The notes under the pieces were generated by a model. That model saw only the letters and a list, made by a program, of their open reading frames with translations. It searched no databases and was not told the origin of the DNA. A stretch of DNA of 64,000 nucleotides, taken from assembly GCA_963759075.1 (NCBI GenBank), contig CAVWXZ010000018.1, positions 49,278 to 113,277 of the forward strand, written 5' to 3'. The position numbers and the translations under genes are program-made. Of the stretch, positions 1 through 10,030 are shown one piece after another; the first letter of the stretch is position 1, and every line of letters begins with the position of its first letter. Source of the stretch: an uncultured Gammaproteobacteria bacterium (GTDB taxonomy: Bacteria > Pseudomonadota > Gammaproteobacteria > Steroidobacterales > JABDLF01).

Positions 1-491
1 TAGATGTATTTTGATTCCGGAAAAGAAGCTACCAGTCGCTCCAGCGTGGCCAGCGCGTCAGCGGACCTGACCGGCGCTTTCCAGTGCTCGCGCGAGTTGA
101 TACAGCACGCGATCATTACCGGAGTCATCGCCATGTCGTGCGAGCAGCGACTGATAGAGTTCAATGGCGTCATTGAATTCGTCGCCGTCGGGCAGGCGCC
201 TCACTTTCCAGCAGTGACTCCTCGGCAAATTCCAGCTCGAGGTCGGCGAGTCGCCGCAAGGCTTCTGCCTCCATGCGTGGATTCGCGGTCGCAGCCAGGG
301 CCTCACGATACGTCGCCGCTGCTTTCTCCCGCCCGCCCAGCAACATTCTGGTCAGCCTCAAGCGCAACTGTCTTGCCCTTCAGGCTGGCAAGCGTGGGCT
401 CGCGGCGCTCCACGCTGATGGCATCCAGGACGGCGCAGCCACCCGCCAGAGCACACAGCGCCGCTACGAGCAGGTGCCGAAGCATCTTCAC
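1..491 (-). pseudogene. TPR-repeat lipoprotein (runs off window start); reading frame broken at least 3 times
   Basis: Consecutive minus-strand pieces lie in different frames (303-491, 170-367, 58-306, then 1-57). The N-terminus MKMLRHLLVAALCALAGGC is a lipobox signal. TPR-like text is present (AIELYQSLLARHGDD..VLYQLARALESAGQ), continuing as DALATLERLVASFPESKYI if one base near 57 is removed. Confidence 0.5.
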
Positions 492-2356
492 GGTGCGCCC
501 TCCGCCGCGCCCGCCCGGTCATACACTGCGGCCAACGCGAAACGCGCCTGCAGCGCGAAAGCATCCAGGACTTCCTTGCGCTCGGTAAGCACCGTTACCG
601 CGGTCTCGTTCAGCGCGGCGGCCTGCCTGGCGAGCAGTTGCTCCAGGCTGTAGTTGAGGCCCAGCAAACGATTGTGTGCGTCGTCGATCCGGGTCTCAAA
701 TCCGGAAAAGCGTTTTGGTGCTTCATCAATAGCCCTGGCAAGTCGCACTGCTCCCGCTCGTGCAGCATCCAGTTCGGACCGGGCGTTATCCAGCGCCTTG
801 CTTAGCTGCCACAAACGCTCGCTGCGTTGCGCCTGAATTTCGAACAGCATGACGCCACGCAAGCGTTGCAGCCTTTCTGATTGGCGGATGCGCAGCTGCT
901 CCTCGGGGAGCCCCGCTAGCTGCTTCTCCAGTGCCGCAATCTTTTGCAGCTGGCGGAGTTCAGACTGATTGGCGAGCCCAAAAGGCTCCTCATCTGCGCG
1001 GGCGGCGTCCAGCCGAGCCTGCAGGTCCGTGACCCGCTTGCCGGGCAGGCTGAGATCCATGCGCGCGTAGCGTTCCTTGATTCCGGGCAGGCGTTCAGTG
1101 TGCGCCCGGCGGCTGAGTGCGAGCATGTCATCGTAGGCCCCGATGTTCTCGGCCCAGCGCGCAAGGTTCTTGCGCAGGAAAAGCAGGTCGCGATAGTTCT
1201 TCAGATTCTCCTGAAAAGCATGGTCGGCCATGAGTTCGTAGAGGTAGCGACCCTCGGGGGCATCGCCGATGTTCTGTGGGTGCCAGAACCAGCCCATGCG
1301 TTCAGGTTCGCCGTCGGCAAGCAATGCGGAAATCATGTCGCCGTTTCTTATTGCGTCCATGCTCGCTGAAAGACGCGCTGATTCCGCAGAAAAACTGCCA
1401 ATGGCCAACTCATAGGCTTCGGCGGCCTGGCGCGATGCCTTGAGACTTGCGAGCGCGTAGGGCTGGGCCAGCAAGCCTTCCTGAACTGCAACATCTCTTG
1501 GCTCGCGGCTGCCAAGGACCTGCAAGGGCACCAACGCTGCCCGGAAGCGGTCCTGCGCAATGTCTGCCCAGGCCGCAGCCAGCAGCGCCTTGTTTGAGTA
1601 AGGACCTTCGAGGCGCACGGTGTTGAGCGCCGCGCGTGCCGCATCCGGCTCGGCGCGCTGCAACAGCGAGAAAGCGCGGGTGATATTTGCCCGGTCACGC
1701 AAGGCTCGCATCTCCTCGCCGTGTGCCCTGCGTTCTCCCAGGCGGGCCAGCACGGCCTCACCCTCTTCAAAACGCGCCGCACGTATGAGCGCGACGCCAA
1801 GATTGAACTGCATGAAGGCAGCCCAGTTGCCCTTGAGCGCGTTCTTTTCGAGGAGCTCGGCCGCTCGCGCATATTCGTTTTGTTGCATCAGCAGCTGCAC
1901 TGCGAGCTGGCGGCGCAGGGGTTCCAGCTTGTCGTCCAGCTCATCCTCTATGCGCGCCAGTGCATCAGACGACTCAGCGTAAAAGCCGCGCTGAAAGCGC
2001 AGGCGTGCCAGGTAAAACCAGGCTCGGTCGCGCACGGCGCCAGCCTGACTGTCGAGCAGCCGTGTGAATATGGCCTCCGCGCGCCGATGCTGGCCATACG
2101 CCAGATGCATGCCGCCCATCAGCAGTTCGGCTTCTTCACCGTGATAGCTGAGCTCACCGCGCTCGAGCGCCGCGCCCATCCGGGTCATAGCGGTAAAATA
2201 GTCGTCCTGGTAGAAGTAGAACAACGCGTCGCCAAACTGCAGTTCGCGAACGGATTCCGGTGCCTGCGCCGCGAGCGGTCCGGACAGCGCAAGGCAGGCA
2301 ACAAGCGCAAGCCCTGGCAGCAGGTTCTCCACGGCTTTGTAGTGCGGGAAGGTCAC
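488..2356 (-). CDS. secreted TPR-like helical-repeat protein, 622 aa
   Basis: Single intact ORF with a signal-like N-terminus (LLPGLALVACLALSGPLAAQA). Helical-repeat text is present (FGDALFYFYQDDYFTAM, WFYLARLRFQRGFYAES). Its stop overlaps the start of the downstream lipoprotein gene by 4 nt. Confidence 0.6.
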   Translation of the reverse strand: MTFPHYKAVENLLPGLALVACLALSGPLAAQAPESVRELQFGDALFYFYQDDYFTAMTRMGAALERGELSYHGEEAELLMGGMHLAYGQHRRAEAIFTRLLDSQAGAVRDRAWFYLARLRFQRGFYAESSDALARIEDELDDKLEPLRRQLAVQLLMQQNEYARAAELLEKNALKGNWAAFMQFNLGVALIRAARFEEGEAVLARLGERRAHGEEMRALRDRANITRAFSLLQRAEPDAARAALNTVRLEGPYSNKALLAAAWADIAQDRFRAALVPLQVLGSREPRDVAVQEGLLAQPYALASLKASRQAAEAYELAIGSFSAESARLSASMDAIRNGDMISALLADGEPERMGWFWHPQNIGDAPEGRYLYELMADHAFQENLKNYRDLLFLRKNLARWAENIGAYDDMLALSRRAHTERLPGIKERYARMDLSLPGKRVTDLQARLDAARADEEPFGLANQSELRQLQKIAALEKQLAGLPEEQLRIRQSERLQRLRGVMLFEIQAQRSERLWQLSKALDNARSELDAARAGAVRLARAIDEAPKRFSGFETRIDDAHNRLLGLNYSLEQLLARQAAALNETAVTVLTERKEVLDAFALQARFALAAVYDRAGAAEGAP

Positions 2357-2360
2357 CAGG

Positions 2361-2891
2361 TCAGTCCCAGTCCTTCACCGTGAATTCGGGCTGCAGCTTT
2401 GCGGTCGTGTCATCTATGCGCAGTTCGATAAATTTCGGGCCCGGAGACTTCTCGAATACCAGCTTTGCACCGCGACGGTAGTCACGTCCGTGCGGACCCT
2501 TACCCGTGAAAAAAGCAACAAGCTCGTGCTCACCGGCTGGAAGATTGCCCACGAACAGGCGCTGCACGCCTCCGCTGAACAGCGCATGCACTTCCCGCTC
2601 GGTGTACAGATAGCTGGTGATGCTCTTGTCATCGAGCTTTACTTCCACCGAGTCCAGCGCAAAGAAGGTACCTACATCCATGGACAGGAAGACCGCGACC
2701 TGAGTATTGGCCGGAAACAGCAACTCCTCCTCCAGAATGAAGAGCTCACGATTAAGGTCCAACACCTGCTGCTTGAGATCTTCAACATCAGTGTCCAGGG
2801 CCTGTGCGGGCGCCAGTGCCTCCGTATCGGCAAGGAGTACGCCACAGGCGAGTGTCAGGCTTACAAGGCAAGCGGTCAGGATTTTCTTCAT
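2361..2891 (-). CDS. lipoprotein of unknown function, 176 aa
   Basis: Intact ORF with lipobox MKKILTACLVSLTLAC. It ends 4 nt upstream of the start of the next gene in the operon (the 488-2356 TPR gene). No family recognised. Confidence 0.55.
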   Translation of the reverse strand: MKKILTACLVSLTLACGVLLADTEALAPAQALDTDVEDLKQQVLDLNRELFILEEELLFPANTQVAVFLSMDVGTFFALDSVEVKLDDKSITSYLYTEREVHALFSGGVQRLFVGNLPAGEHELVAFFTGKGPHGRDYRRGAKLVFEKSPGPKFIELRIDDTTAKLQPEFTVKDWD

Positions 2892-2939
2892 AGCATTCTC
2901 CAGCGAAGCTAACGTGGCATCGGCTCACGCGCCGTCGCG

Positions 2940-3998
2940 CTAGTACCAGACGGACAAATAGAGCTGCAACACATGGCTGTTGAAGCCATACGGCTCGGCA
3001 GTCCTGGAATCGGTGAAATCGTCGTAATCAAAGCGGATGAACTCGTAGCCCAGATTCAGCGTGCCGCGCTCCAGGGCTTTATCGGCATGCTCAAACAAGG
3101 TGTAAGTCAGGCGTGCACCGGCCGAGGCGCTGCGAAAAGTGCTGAGCTCTTTGTCACGGGCCATGTAGTTGAGCGGCTGCTCGAAGTTGTCGCTGTAAAA
3201 AGACGCCTTGTCCTGGCTGTAAGCGCGCAGGAAGGCGTCCAACAGCCACTGTTCACCAAAGTAACGGCTGGCGCCCAGTTCAAAGCTATGCGCCTGGATG
3301 TCCCAGGTGTCTTCAAAATAGCGATACTCGAAGCGGGCGGACGTGCGGGGCTGCCAATAGCGGATGGCGCGCACGGCCACTGCGTTGGAGGTGCGCGTGC
3401 GGGGATACGCCTCGGGCACGGAGGCGCCCAGCAGTCGCGCTGAGCGGTAGGGATTATTCAGAAAGCCTTCGTCCGCCACTGCTTCGTAGCTGAGATTAGC
3501 AATCATGCGCTTGCTCAGCACCTGGGAAAACCCGATCCGGTACTGGCGCCGTTCGATGGTATCGCTGAAGTCGGTATCTGACCGTCCGACTTCATCATCT
3601 CCCAGCGTAAAGCCCATCAACAGCGTACTCATGCCGCCGAAAAAGTCCTGGGCAACGCTGAGATCGAAGGTGCTCGCCTTGTAGTCACTCTCGTCACTCG
3701 CTGTGAAGCTTGCACTGACCAGGGTGTCGCGATGCAGGTAGTCGAGACCAAGTCCGGACTCGGTGCGCTTTTCCCGATAGGGACTGGCGTTGGTCAGCAC
3801 GTCGATCGACGCGCTCGACACACTGTCGACGTAGTAGCTGGCGGATACCGAGAGCGATTCCGCAATGCCTTTGCGCACCAGCACCGCGGGCCCGTCCACC
3901 TGCACACCACCGCCGCTGTAGCTGTGGTACATAGCCTCGCTGCGATCGTCGGGCAGCTCCGCCGCTGCGCATGCGCCAGCGACAACGAAGGCACACAC
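2940..3998 (-). CDS. DUF3570-like outer-membrane beta-barrel protein
   Basis: Long ORF 2940-4187 with alternating beta-strand text and a C-terminal aromatic end (..LYLSVWY). The neighbourhood DUF4266 + TlpA + ApbE is typical for DUF3570 (from memory). The start is uncertain. There is no in-frame ATG before residue 86, the 5' part of the ORF overlaps the DUF4266 gene, and an in-frame GTG at 3998 or a start near 4040 is possible. Confidence 0.5.
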   Translation of the reverse strand: MCAFVVAGACAAAELPDDRSEAMYHSYSGGGVQVDGPAVLVRKGIAESLSVSASYYVDSVSSASIDVLTNASPYREKRTESGLGLDYLHRDTLVSASFTASDESDYKASTFDLSVAQDFFGGMSTLLMGFTLGDDEVGRSDTDFSDTIERRQYRIGFSQVLSKRMIANLSYEAVADEGFLNNPYRSARLLGASVPEAYPRTRTSNAVAVRAIRYWQPRTSARFEYRYFEDTWDIQAHSFELGASRYFGEQWLLDAFLRAYSQDKASFYSDNFEQPLNYMARDKELSTFRSASAGARLTYTLFEHADKALERGTLNLGYEFIRFDYDDFTDSRTAEPYGFNSHVLQLYLSVWY

Positions 3999-4030
3999 CT
4001 GTACTGCGGCGAGCAGAAGCCCTGATGCGA

Positions 4031-4288
4031 CTAGTTGCAGCCACAGCCACCTCCCTGTGCCTGACCGGCGCCGCGCGCGCCTTCGCGCACCTCGAACACA
4101 TGCTGACGGTGCTTGTCGGCAAGCGGATCGCGCGAGAACGACATGATGGGATCGGCGAGCAGCCCGCGCTCGTAGGGCTTTACCCAAGGTTGCAGCAGCG
4201 GCTCGCCGGCCCGCAGTGCGGCACAGCCGCCGGTAAAGACCAGCAGGCAGGCGATCAAGGCAACGCGTGAAATCGTCATCGTCATCAT
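4031..4288 (-). CDS. DUF4266 family lipoprotein, 85 aa
   Basis: Lipobox LLVFTGGC, a conserved WVKPYERGLLADPIMSF segment, and the family-typical C-terminus GGGCGCN. Confidence 0.65.
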   Translation of the reverse strand: MMTMTISRVALIACLLVFTGGCAALRAGEPLLQPWVKPYERGLLADPIMSFSRDPLADKHRQHVFEVREGARGAGQAQGGGCGCN

Positions 4289-4785
4289 TCCTTCAGCAAG
4301 TCCCGGACTTCGGACTGGTAGCGCTCGGCGGTGCCAGCGCGAAAGCCGCGATGTACGGCCCGCACCTGTCCATCGCGGTCCACAAGGACCGTCGCCGGCA
4401 TGGCATCCACGTCATACAGCTGGCTGACGGCCTGCTGCACGTCGTGCATCACCGGAAAGGTCACACCAAGACGCTTGGCCATTTTTTTTGCCGCCGCCGC
4501 GCTGTCATCCATGTTCACGCCCAGCACCGTGAAGCCGGCCTCCCGGTAGCGCACGTAAAGCTCATCGAGAAACGGCATCTCGTCACGGCAAGGCCCGCAC
4601 CAGGAGGCCCAGAAGTTGATCATCACCACCTGGCCACGCAGCTCGCTCAGGCGCAGGTTCTTGCCATCTGTGCTTTTCAGGACGAAGTCCGGCGCCGTCC
4701 GGCCGGACAGATCAGCGAGCGCCAGAGCCACCCCCGAAGTCAAAACAAGGACAGCAACGACCGCAAGCAAAAAAGGCTTGTGCAT
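4285..4785 (-). CDS. TlpA-like periplasmic thiol:disulfide oxidoreductase (thioredoxin fold)
   Basis: N-terminal anchor, then INFWASWCGPCRDEMPF (a CGPC active site in TlpA/ResA context). Its stop overlaps the DUF4266 start by 4 nt. Confidence 0.8.
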   Translation of the reverse strand: MHKPFLLAVVAVLVLTSGVALALADLSGRTAPDFVLKSTDGKNLRLSELRGQVVMINFWASWCGPCRDEMPFLDELYVRYREAGFTVLGVNMDDSAAAAKKMAKRLGVTFPVMHDVQQAVSQLYDVDAMPATVLVDRDGQVRAVHRGFRAGTAERYQSEVRDLLKE

Positions 4786-4797
4786 AATGTGCTCCGC

Positions 4798-5478
4798 TCA
4801 AAAGAACGCCGACAGGGAGAATGCTGATGGCGAAGTTGTGAGTCAGCTTGTTCTCACCGAGCAGGTCCGACTCGAACAGGTAGTCGCGCGCATCGAGGCG
4901 TAGCGCCAGCCAGTCCGCGGGCAGCACTTTCAGGCCAAAGCCCACCTGGTAGGTCAGCCGATCCTCGTTGATGAAATCGGTGTTGCCAACGCCGCCCTGC
5001 ATATACATGATGCTGGTGAAGGCCCGACCCTTACCCAGGAACACCTCACCTGGCAAGAAAGTTGAAGCCGACGTTGAAACCGTAATGCGTGAGGTCTTCT
5101 TCCTCCTGCGGGAAAATCGGCAGACCCACCTGGCGGAACGACTGTGTCGGACACCTGTGAGCGACCGTAGCTGCCTTCGACGAAGACATCCTCGCTCACA
5201 TGGTAAGCAAGGCGCACGGCGGTGAAGCTGCTGCCGCCAAAGTCCTCGACGTTGAGCGCACCGAATTCCACGCCAAGTTCGAAGTCCTCGGTATCAATCC
5301 GCGGCACGCGAATGTCGCGGCGCTCCAGCTCCGGATCGATCACCGCACCCGGATCAACAAGCTCGGCGCTGGCCTCGTCGCGAGCTTTGTCGTTGCCAAA
5401 GCCGAACATGCTGCAGCCGCCGAGCATCAGCGCTGATAGCAGGAGAAGAGAGAGTGAAACTACTTTGTTCATGGGCAT
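4798..5478 (-). pseudogene. outer-membrane beta-barrel lipoprotein; frame broken at least twice
   Basis: ORF 4954-5478 has a lipobox (LSALMLGGC) and barrel-like text, and continues in ORF 4712-5056 (another frame). A third frame restores a typical OMP terminus ..FSLSAFF with its stop at 4798-4800. Confidence 0.5.
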
Positions 5479-5506
5479 ACGTCCGGTAGCTGATGTGAGT
5501 GCTTAG

Positions 5507-6268
5507 TCAGAAAAAGAAAGACACGCCGATGAGCACTTCATCGAAGTCCTCGTAGTCTTCGGTTTTGACCAGGGCCAGGTGGTGGCGGAACTCCGCACGC
5601 AGCATGAAGCGCTCGCTGACATAGCTGCGCATGCCGAGCGCGACGCTGGCGAGCTCTGACGAAGTCTTTTCGGCATCCACCAGCACTACTTTCGGTTCGT
5701 TGCTGAAATTGCCGATGCCGATACTGAAATACGGGGACAGGCGGCTTGTGCCGTAGGGCTGGATCGCAAGGTTCGCGCCGTAGGCGCGGGAACTTGAGAA
5801 GTTGCCCGAGACCTGGGTCAGAAAGGTCTCGAACAGGATGTTGTCGGTGGCGCGCAGGCCGAGACGCGCACCGAGCGCCGGGTCGCCGCCGAATGAGCCG
5901 CCCGAGAAACCAAACTCCAGCCGCCTCGCGAGGTAGTCGTCGCGCACGATGTCGCGAAAACTGCGCGGCACGCCTGCAGCATCCAGGGTTTGTGCGAGCT
6001 GCGCTCGATTGACCCAGCCCGATACGCCGCGCGCTGTGTGCACACGAAACCAGTCCGTGCGGCGCTTGACGATGTCCAGCCAGTCGCCCTCGGCGACGAC
6101 ATGAAATACCGGGTAGCCGCGACCGGGGCCCGTATGAAGCTCTATGTATGGTTCCGCCACCTGCGCGCGCGGCAGCTCATCCGCCAGGGCAATACCGCCA
6201 GGCATGCTCGCCACAAGCACCAGCACGGCGAATGTGCAGAGCGAGCCGAATGTGCGCAACTGGTTCAT
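5507..6268 (-). CDS. SH3b-domain protein fused to a C-terminal beta-barrel domain
   Basis: Start taken at MNQLRTFGSL (6268), followed by a signal peptide. SH3b-like segment: YIELHTGPGRGYPVFHVVAEGDWLDIVKRRTDWFRVHTARGVSGWV. C-terminal barrel text ends ..IGVSFFF. Confidence 0.55.
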   Translation of the reverse strand: MNQLRTFGSLCTFAVLVLVASMPGGIALADELPRAQVAEPYIELHTGPGRGYPVFHVVAEGDWLDIVKRRTDWFRVHTARGVSGWVNRAQLAQTLDAAGVPRSFRDIVRDDYLARRLEFGFSGGSFGGDPALGARLGLRATDNILFETFLTQVSGNFSSSRAYGANLAIQPYGTSRLSPYFSIGIGNFSNEPKVVLVDAEKTSSELASVALGMRSYVSERFMLRAEFRHHLALVKTEDYEDFDEVLIGVSFFF

Positions 6269-6282
6269 TGGCGGCCTTGCTC

Positions 6283-6819
6283 TCAGTACCCGCACGCAGC
6301 GGTGTCGGGCACGACACACTGACCGCAGGCCGAGCTGTCGCTGGCATCGACCTGGTTCGAGATCCAGTCGTGAATCGCGACATAGCAGACGTCGCCGGTG
6401 TCGGGAAAAATATCGCCACCGGTATGCGTGCCCGTGATGGATGACACGCCCTGCAAAGGCTCCAGCAACAGCTTGCTCTGCTCCGGGTCATCGAGGTTGG
6501 CGAAAGCGCGCGCAGCAAAAAAGTTGGCAAGCATCTCGGCAGAAGCCGGCGCGGGCTGAGCATAGATCTTGAACGCACCGCCGGAACCGGCCGCCTGGTC
6601 GTGGCAACCGCTGGCAGCACAGGTGACGGGCCCCGAACGCCCCGACAACTGCGCATCCAGGATCGGACTGACGCACAGCTCGAAGTCGGCGTAGCACAGG
6701 GTGCGATTCTCTGCCGCCACAGGCGTAACCTCGACCTCTTTGCATGCGCCTGCAGACAGCAGCAAGGCCAGGATGAACCCGGCCTTTCCAAGCTGCGTAA
6801 GGTTGCTATTCGATGTCAT
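6283..6819 (-). CDS. Cys-rich lipoprotein, 178 aa, with an SGCH motif
   Basis: Lipobox LLLSAGAC and 9 further Cys residues, including VTCAASGCHD, which resembles the NCSGCH heme-type motif of the upstream giant gene. No family recognised. Confidence 0.5.
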   Translation of the reverse strand: MTSNSNLTQLGKAGFILALLLSAGACKEVEVTPVAAENRTLCYADFELCVSPILDAQLSGRSGPVTCAASGCHDQAAGSGGAFKIYAQPAPASAEMLANFFAARAFANLDDPEQSKLLLEPLQGVSSITGTHTGGDIFPDTGDVCYVAIHDWISNQVDASDSSACGQCVVPDTAACGY

Positions 6820-6825
6820 GCGCCC

Positions 6826-9697
6826 TCACTCACCGCTGCACGCCGCCAGGATCCAGTCGTAAACAGGCTGGTAATCGGGCTCAGTGGTCATCCACACCGG
6901 AACGTCGTCCGCGGCGGGATCTTCGGGGTCATCAGCAACCGCGGGGTCATCCACCAGCGGATGCGCCGGTTGATCTTCGGGTCCGCTTACCGGGCGCAGC
7001 AGCAACATGCTGAGTTCCGGCTGGCAGGCATTGTTGACCATGCCAACGGTGACACTAAAGTCGCCTTCGACGCTGCCGGTCAGCACAAAGCGATTGGGTA
7101 CCACACCAGGATCGGGCGTTTCGCCGCCACCGCTACCACCGGGCCGGTGACAGCCGCTGCAGTTTTGCATCAGCACAGGCTGGACAGACCGTGCGAACAC
7201 ACCCTCGTCCAGGCCGTTTACGCCACCACGCAATTCGGACAGGGCGCGAAAGCCGTCGCCGTCTGCATCATCGAAAGGATCGTTGAAATACTGCGCGCCA
7301 AGATCGATCCATTCGGCGATCAGGCGCAGCTCCGAGGCATTCAGCATGCCACTATGATCAACAGTGGCAGTGGCCAGGGTTTGCGGCGCACGCAGCTGTT
7401 GTTCGAAAAGTTTTTGCACCAGGCCACTTGTGCGTGAACTCCGCGCCGAGCTGCCGGTGATCACCAGCGCGGGCTCGCGCACCAGTTCGAGCTCGCCGTC
7501 GTTGTTCATACGTACCACCGCACGACCGGTCACCGGATCTATAACCGGATCACCGATCAGGAGTTCCTCGTAGGAAAACACGCGGCCGGTGCCGGCCAGC
7601 GTGTCCTGCAGATCGAGGCCCGCCGACAGCGGATCAACGCGGATCGTTGCTGGCGTGACAGGTGACGCAGGTGTTAACACCACGGTCGTGCATCCACAGA
7701 GGCTGAATGTGCTCCGGATAGTTAATGATGCCGGCCACCGGAACGAGTGTTGCCAGCCCGCTGTAGTCGATGACCAGGTCAGGATCGGCTGCGCGCCCTG
7801 CCGCAACCTCATCGGTCCACACGTCCTGGAAAACCATGTGTGCCTTCAGGGCGAGATCCGGCGGGTTCAGGCGTGTGCGGGTTTCCGCCATGGATTCGCC
7901 GGGCTCGGCGCTCATCGTGACATTGGCATGTAAGCCGGCGATGGGCGTGGTGTTGAGCGCACTGCCGCGACGCGGTGAATGGCAGCCGTTGCAGGTGCGG
8001 GTTTCGCCCGGACGAACCTGCAGCCAGTTGGTGTGGGTCTGAAAAGCACGACCGTCTGCATCTACCACAGCAATGGCCAGCGGCGTATCGGCCGGCACCT
8101 CGATGCGCGCTGAACCATCCGGCTCAACCTCGGCGTAGCCGACAACCTGCTGCATCTCGAACATGGTTTCGCCGATGGCTTCGCGGGACACGCCGCGCGG
8201 CATGGGTACCGCCTTGCTCACTCTCAGAAAACGCGCGGGGCGCTCGGCCGCGGTGGTCATCGCCGGATCTTTGAGTAGGGCAATGTCGGCCACCTGGCCA
8301 CGGCTGTCGCCGGACGGCGGCGCGGTCATCGGCAAGGACTCACCCTGGACCAGAACACGCTGACCCATGATGTCCAGGCCATCGGTGTCATACACGCTCT
8401 TGATGTTGAGCACACCGAGACCCTGGCTTGCCAGGGATTGGTTCAGGCTTTTGTCGGCAATAACGTTCGGTACCGGGCGCGCAATGATGGCCACCGCATC
8501 CGTGAGTGCAAAGCCCTCGGGCGCAAGCACGACCGGACGCAAGGTCTGAGCGTCCATGTCGAACATGTAGATGCCGTAGACCGGATCGCCCTCCACCTCC
8601 ATCGGATCGCCGCTCACCGGATCGATCTCGGTGGCCGGCACGAACGGCGTCCAGCTCACCAGCGCGCGGTTAGTGCCGTCCCAGAGCGGGATAAGGCGTA
8701 GTGTAGCGCCCGGCCTCGGACACACCTCGGCCAAAGTCGATGTCGAACAGCGTCACCTGCTCCTGGCCTACGGCCCCTGCGGGCGCAGTGGCGGCAGGCT
8801 GGTTGTGCTCGGAAAAGTTGCGAATGTCCACGGCCATCAGGGCACCGCCTTCGCGCGTACCGGACAAGGGCATGAGCGAACTCAGCACGCGACCGTCCGG
8901 CATTTCTCGCGGGTGCAGAAAACTGTTGCCCGGACTGAAGGCACCGTATTGCACGAAGATATTGGTGCCGTCCGGATTGGTAAAGAAGATCGGGAAATGG
9001 TTGTTGCCGGCGACGTGATCCCAGCGTGCAAACATGATTTCACCGGTCGAGAGCACCGTCGGGTTGCGATCGTGACTCTGGTTGAAGGAGATCTGGCGAA
9101 TATCCGACGCCGTCGCCATCCATCACATGCAGCACGATGGAACGCTCACGCTCGTACTCATCGAGGAAGGCATAGGGCTCGGTGTTGTCCGCTTCGATCA
9201 ACTGGCGGGTTTTTTCCTGACGGTTGGAAGAAAACACGATGCGCCCGTCCGGCAGGTAAGCGGATCGACGTCGTCACCCAGATTGGCTGTAGCGTCATCG
9301 GCGATGACCCGCGTCAATGACTCGTCGCCAGCGATTCGTATTCCCAGACGTCGAAGGTGGGGTCGTTGGGGCCGCGCATGGCAAACAGCAAACGCTCGCC
9401 ATCAAAAGAGACTTCCGGGTCTGACACGTCACCCTGGCCGCCGGTGTAGCTTTCGGTGACGTTGCGCAGCGGCGCGGTCGGCGAAGACAGGTCGCGAATG
9501 AACAGATCGCCACCGGGACGAAACATGACGCCATCGGTCGGATTGCCGACCGCGGCGACGTCTCGCTGTACAAATGCCACGGCGAAGTCACCCTCGACTA
9601 CGATGGCGCTATCGGTGGTTTGCTCTTCCTGGCATGCTGCAAGCAGCACCAGGGCAGGCAGACAAATCCGAAGTTTCAAGTAGTCTGGAAAGATCAT
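6826..9697 (-). pseudogene. large (~957 codons) secreted beta-propeller / CXXCH protein, HzsA-related; frame broken at least 5 times
   Basis: The pieces read as one protein. 9314-9697 has a signal (LVLLAAC) and DLFIRDL..ERLLFAMRGP. Next come 9040-9237 and 8670-9119 (IMFARWDHVAGNNHFPIFFTNPDG). 7634-8734 has CNGCH and CVTCH, and 6826-7812 has CSGCH. It resembles proteins annotated as hydrazine-synthase alpha-subunit middle-domain relatives (from memory, not searched). Confidence 0.5.
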
Positions 9698-10030
9698 GAC
9701 CGTGCATCAGAGAGGGCTCCAGCCCGCTGCACGGGCCTGTTGAGCTGGGGTCAACAGTAGGCCGACGCAAAGCGCGGAGTACCGGGAGCAAGGAAGACGG
9801 GCAGTCTTCGGGAGCAGTGGCGACAGCAGAAACGTGCGCGTCCGTGCACAATGAGTACTTGTTGCCATCCTGGTAACTCCGCTGTCTTAGGGCGAACCCC
9901 GTAGACCGGTAGCTTTGCGTCCCCGCCTTTCGACGGGTTTGCCTTTGTCAGTTCGGCGCTCACACTCGCACAGCTGTAGGCAGTCGTCAACGCGTACGAA
10001 GCCAAAGTGTGACCTGCGTCACAGAAAGTT

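Noticed and set aside
4-9320. Long plus-strand ORFs in the left flank (e.g. 4-588, 944-1369, 1721-2383, 2973-3443, 6601-7437, 8631-9320).
   Set aside because: They lie antisense to genes with recognisable protein text. Their Arg/Ala/Pro/Gly-rich, low-complexity translations are typical of shadow ORFs in GC-rich DNA, and no motifs were recognised.
9790-9830. Cobalamin riboswitch upstream of the giant CXXCH gene. The minus strand has GCCACTG followed by CCCGAAGAC-TGCC, which resembles a B12 box.
   Set aside because: The B12-box-like string is simply one arm and the loop of a perfect local hairpin (GAAGAC tgccc GTCTTC). I could not find the conserved GGGAA...GGTG..AA.TCC core elements, and the spacing does not fit. 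Only a covariance-model search could revive this idea.
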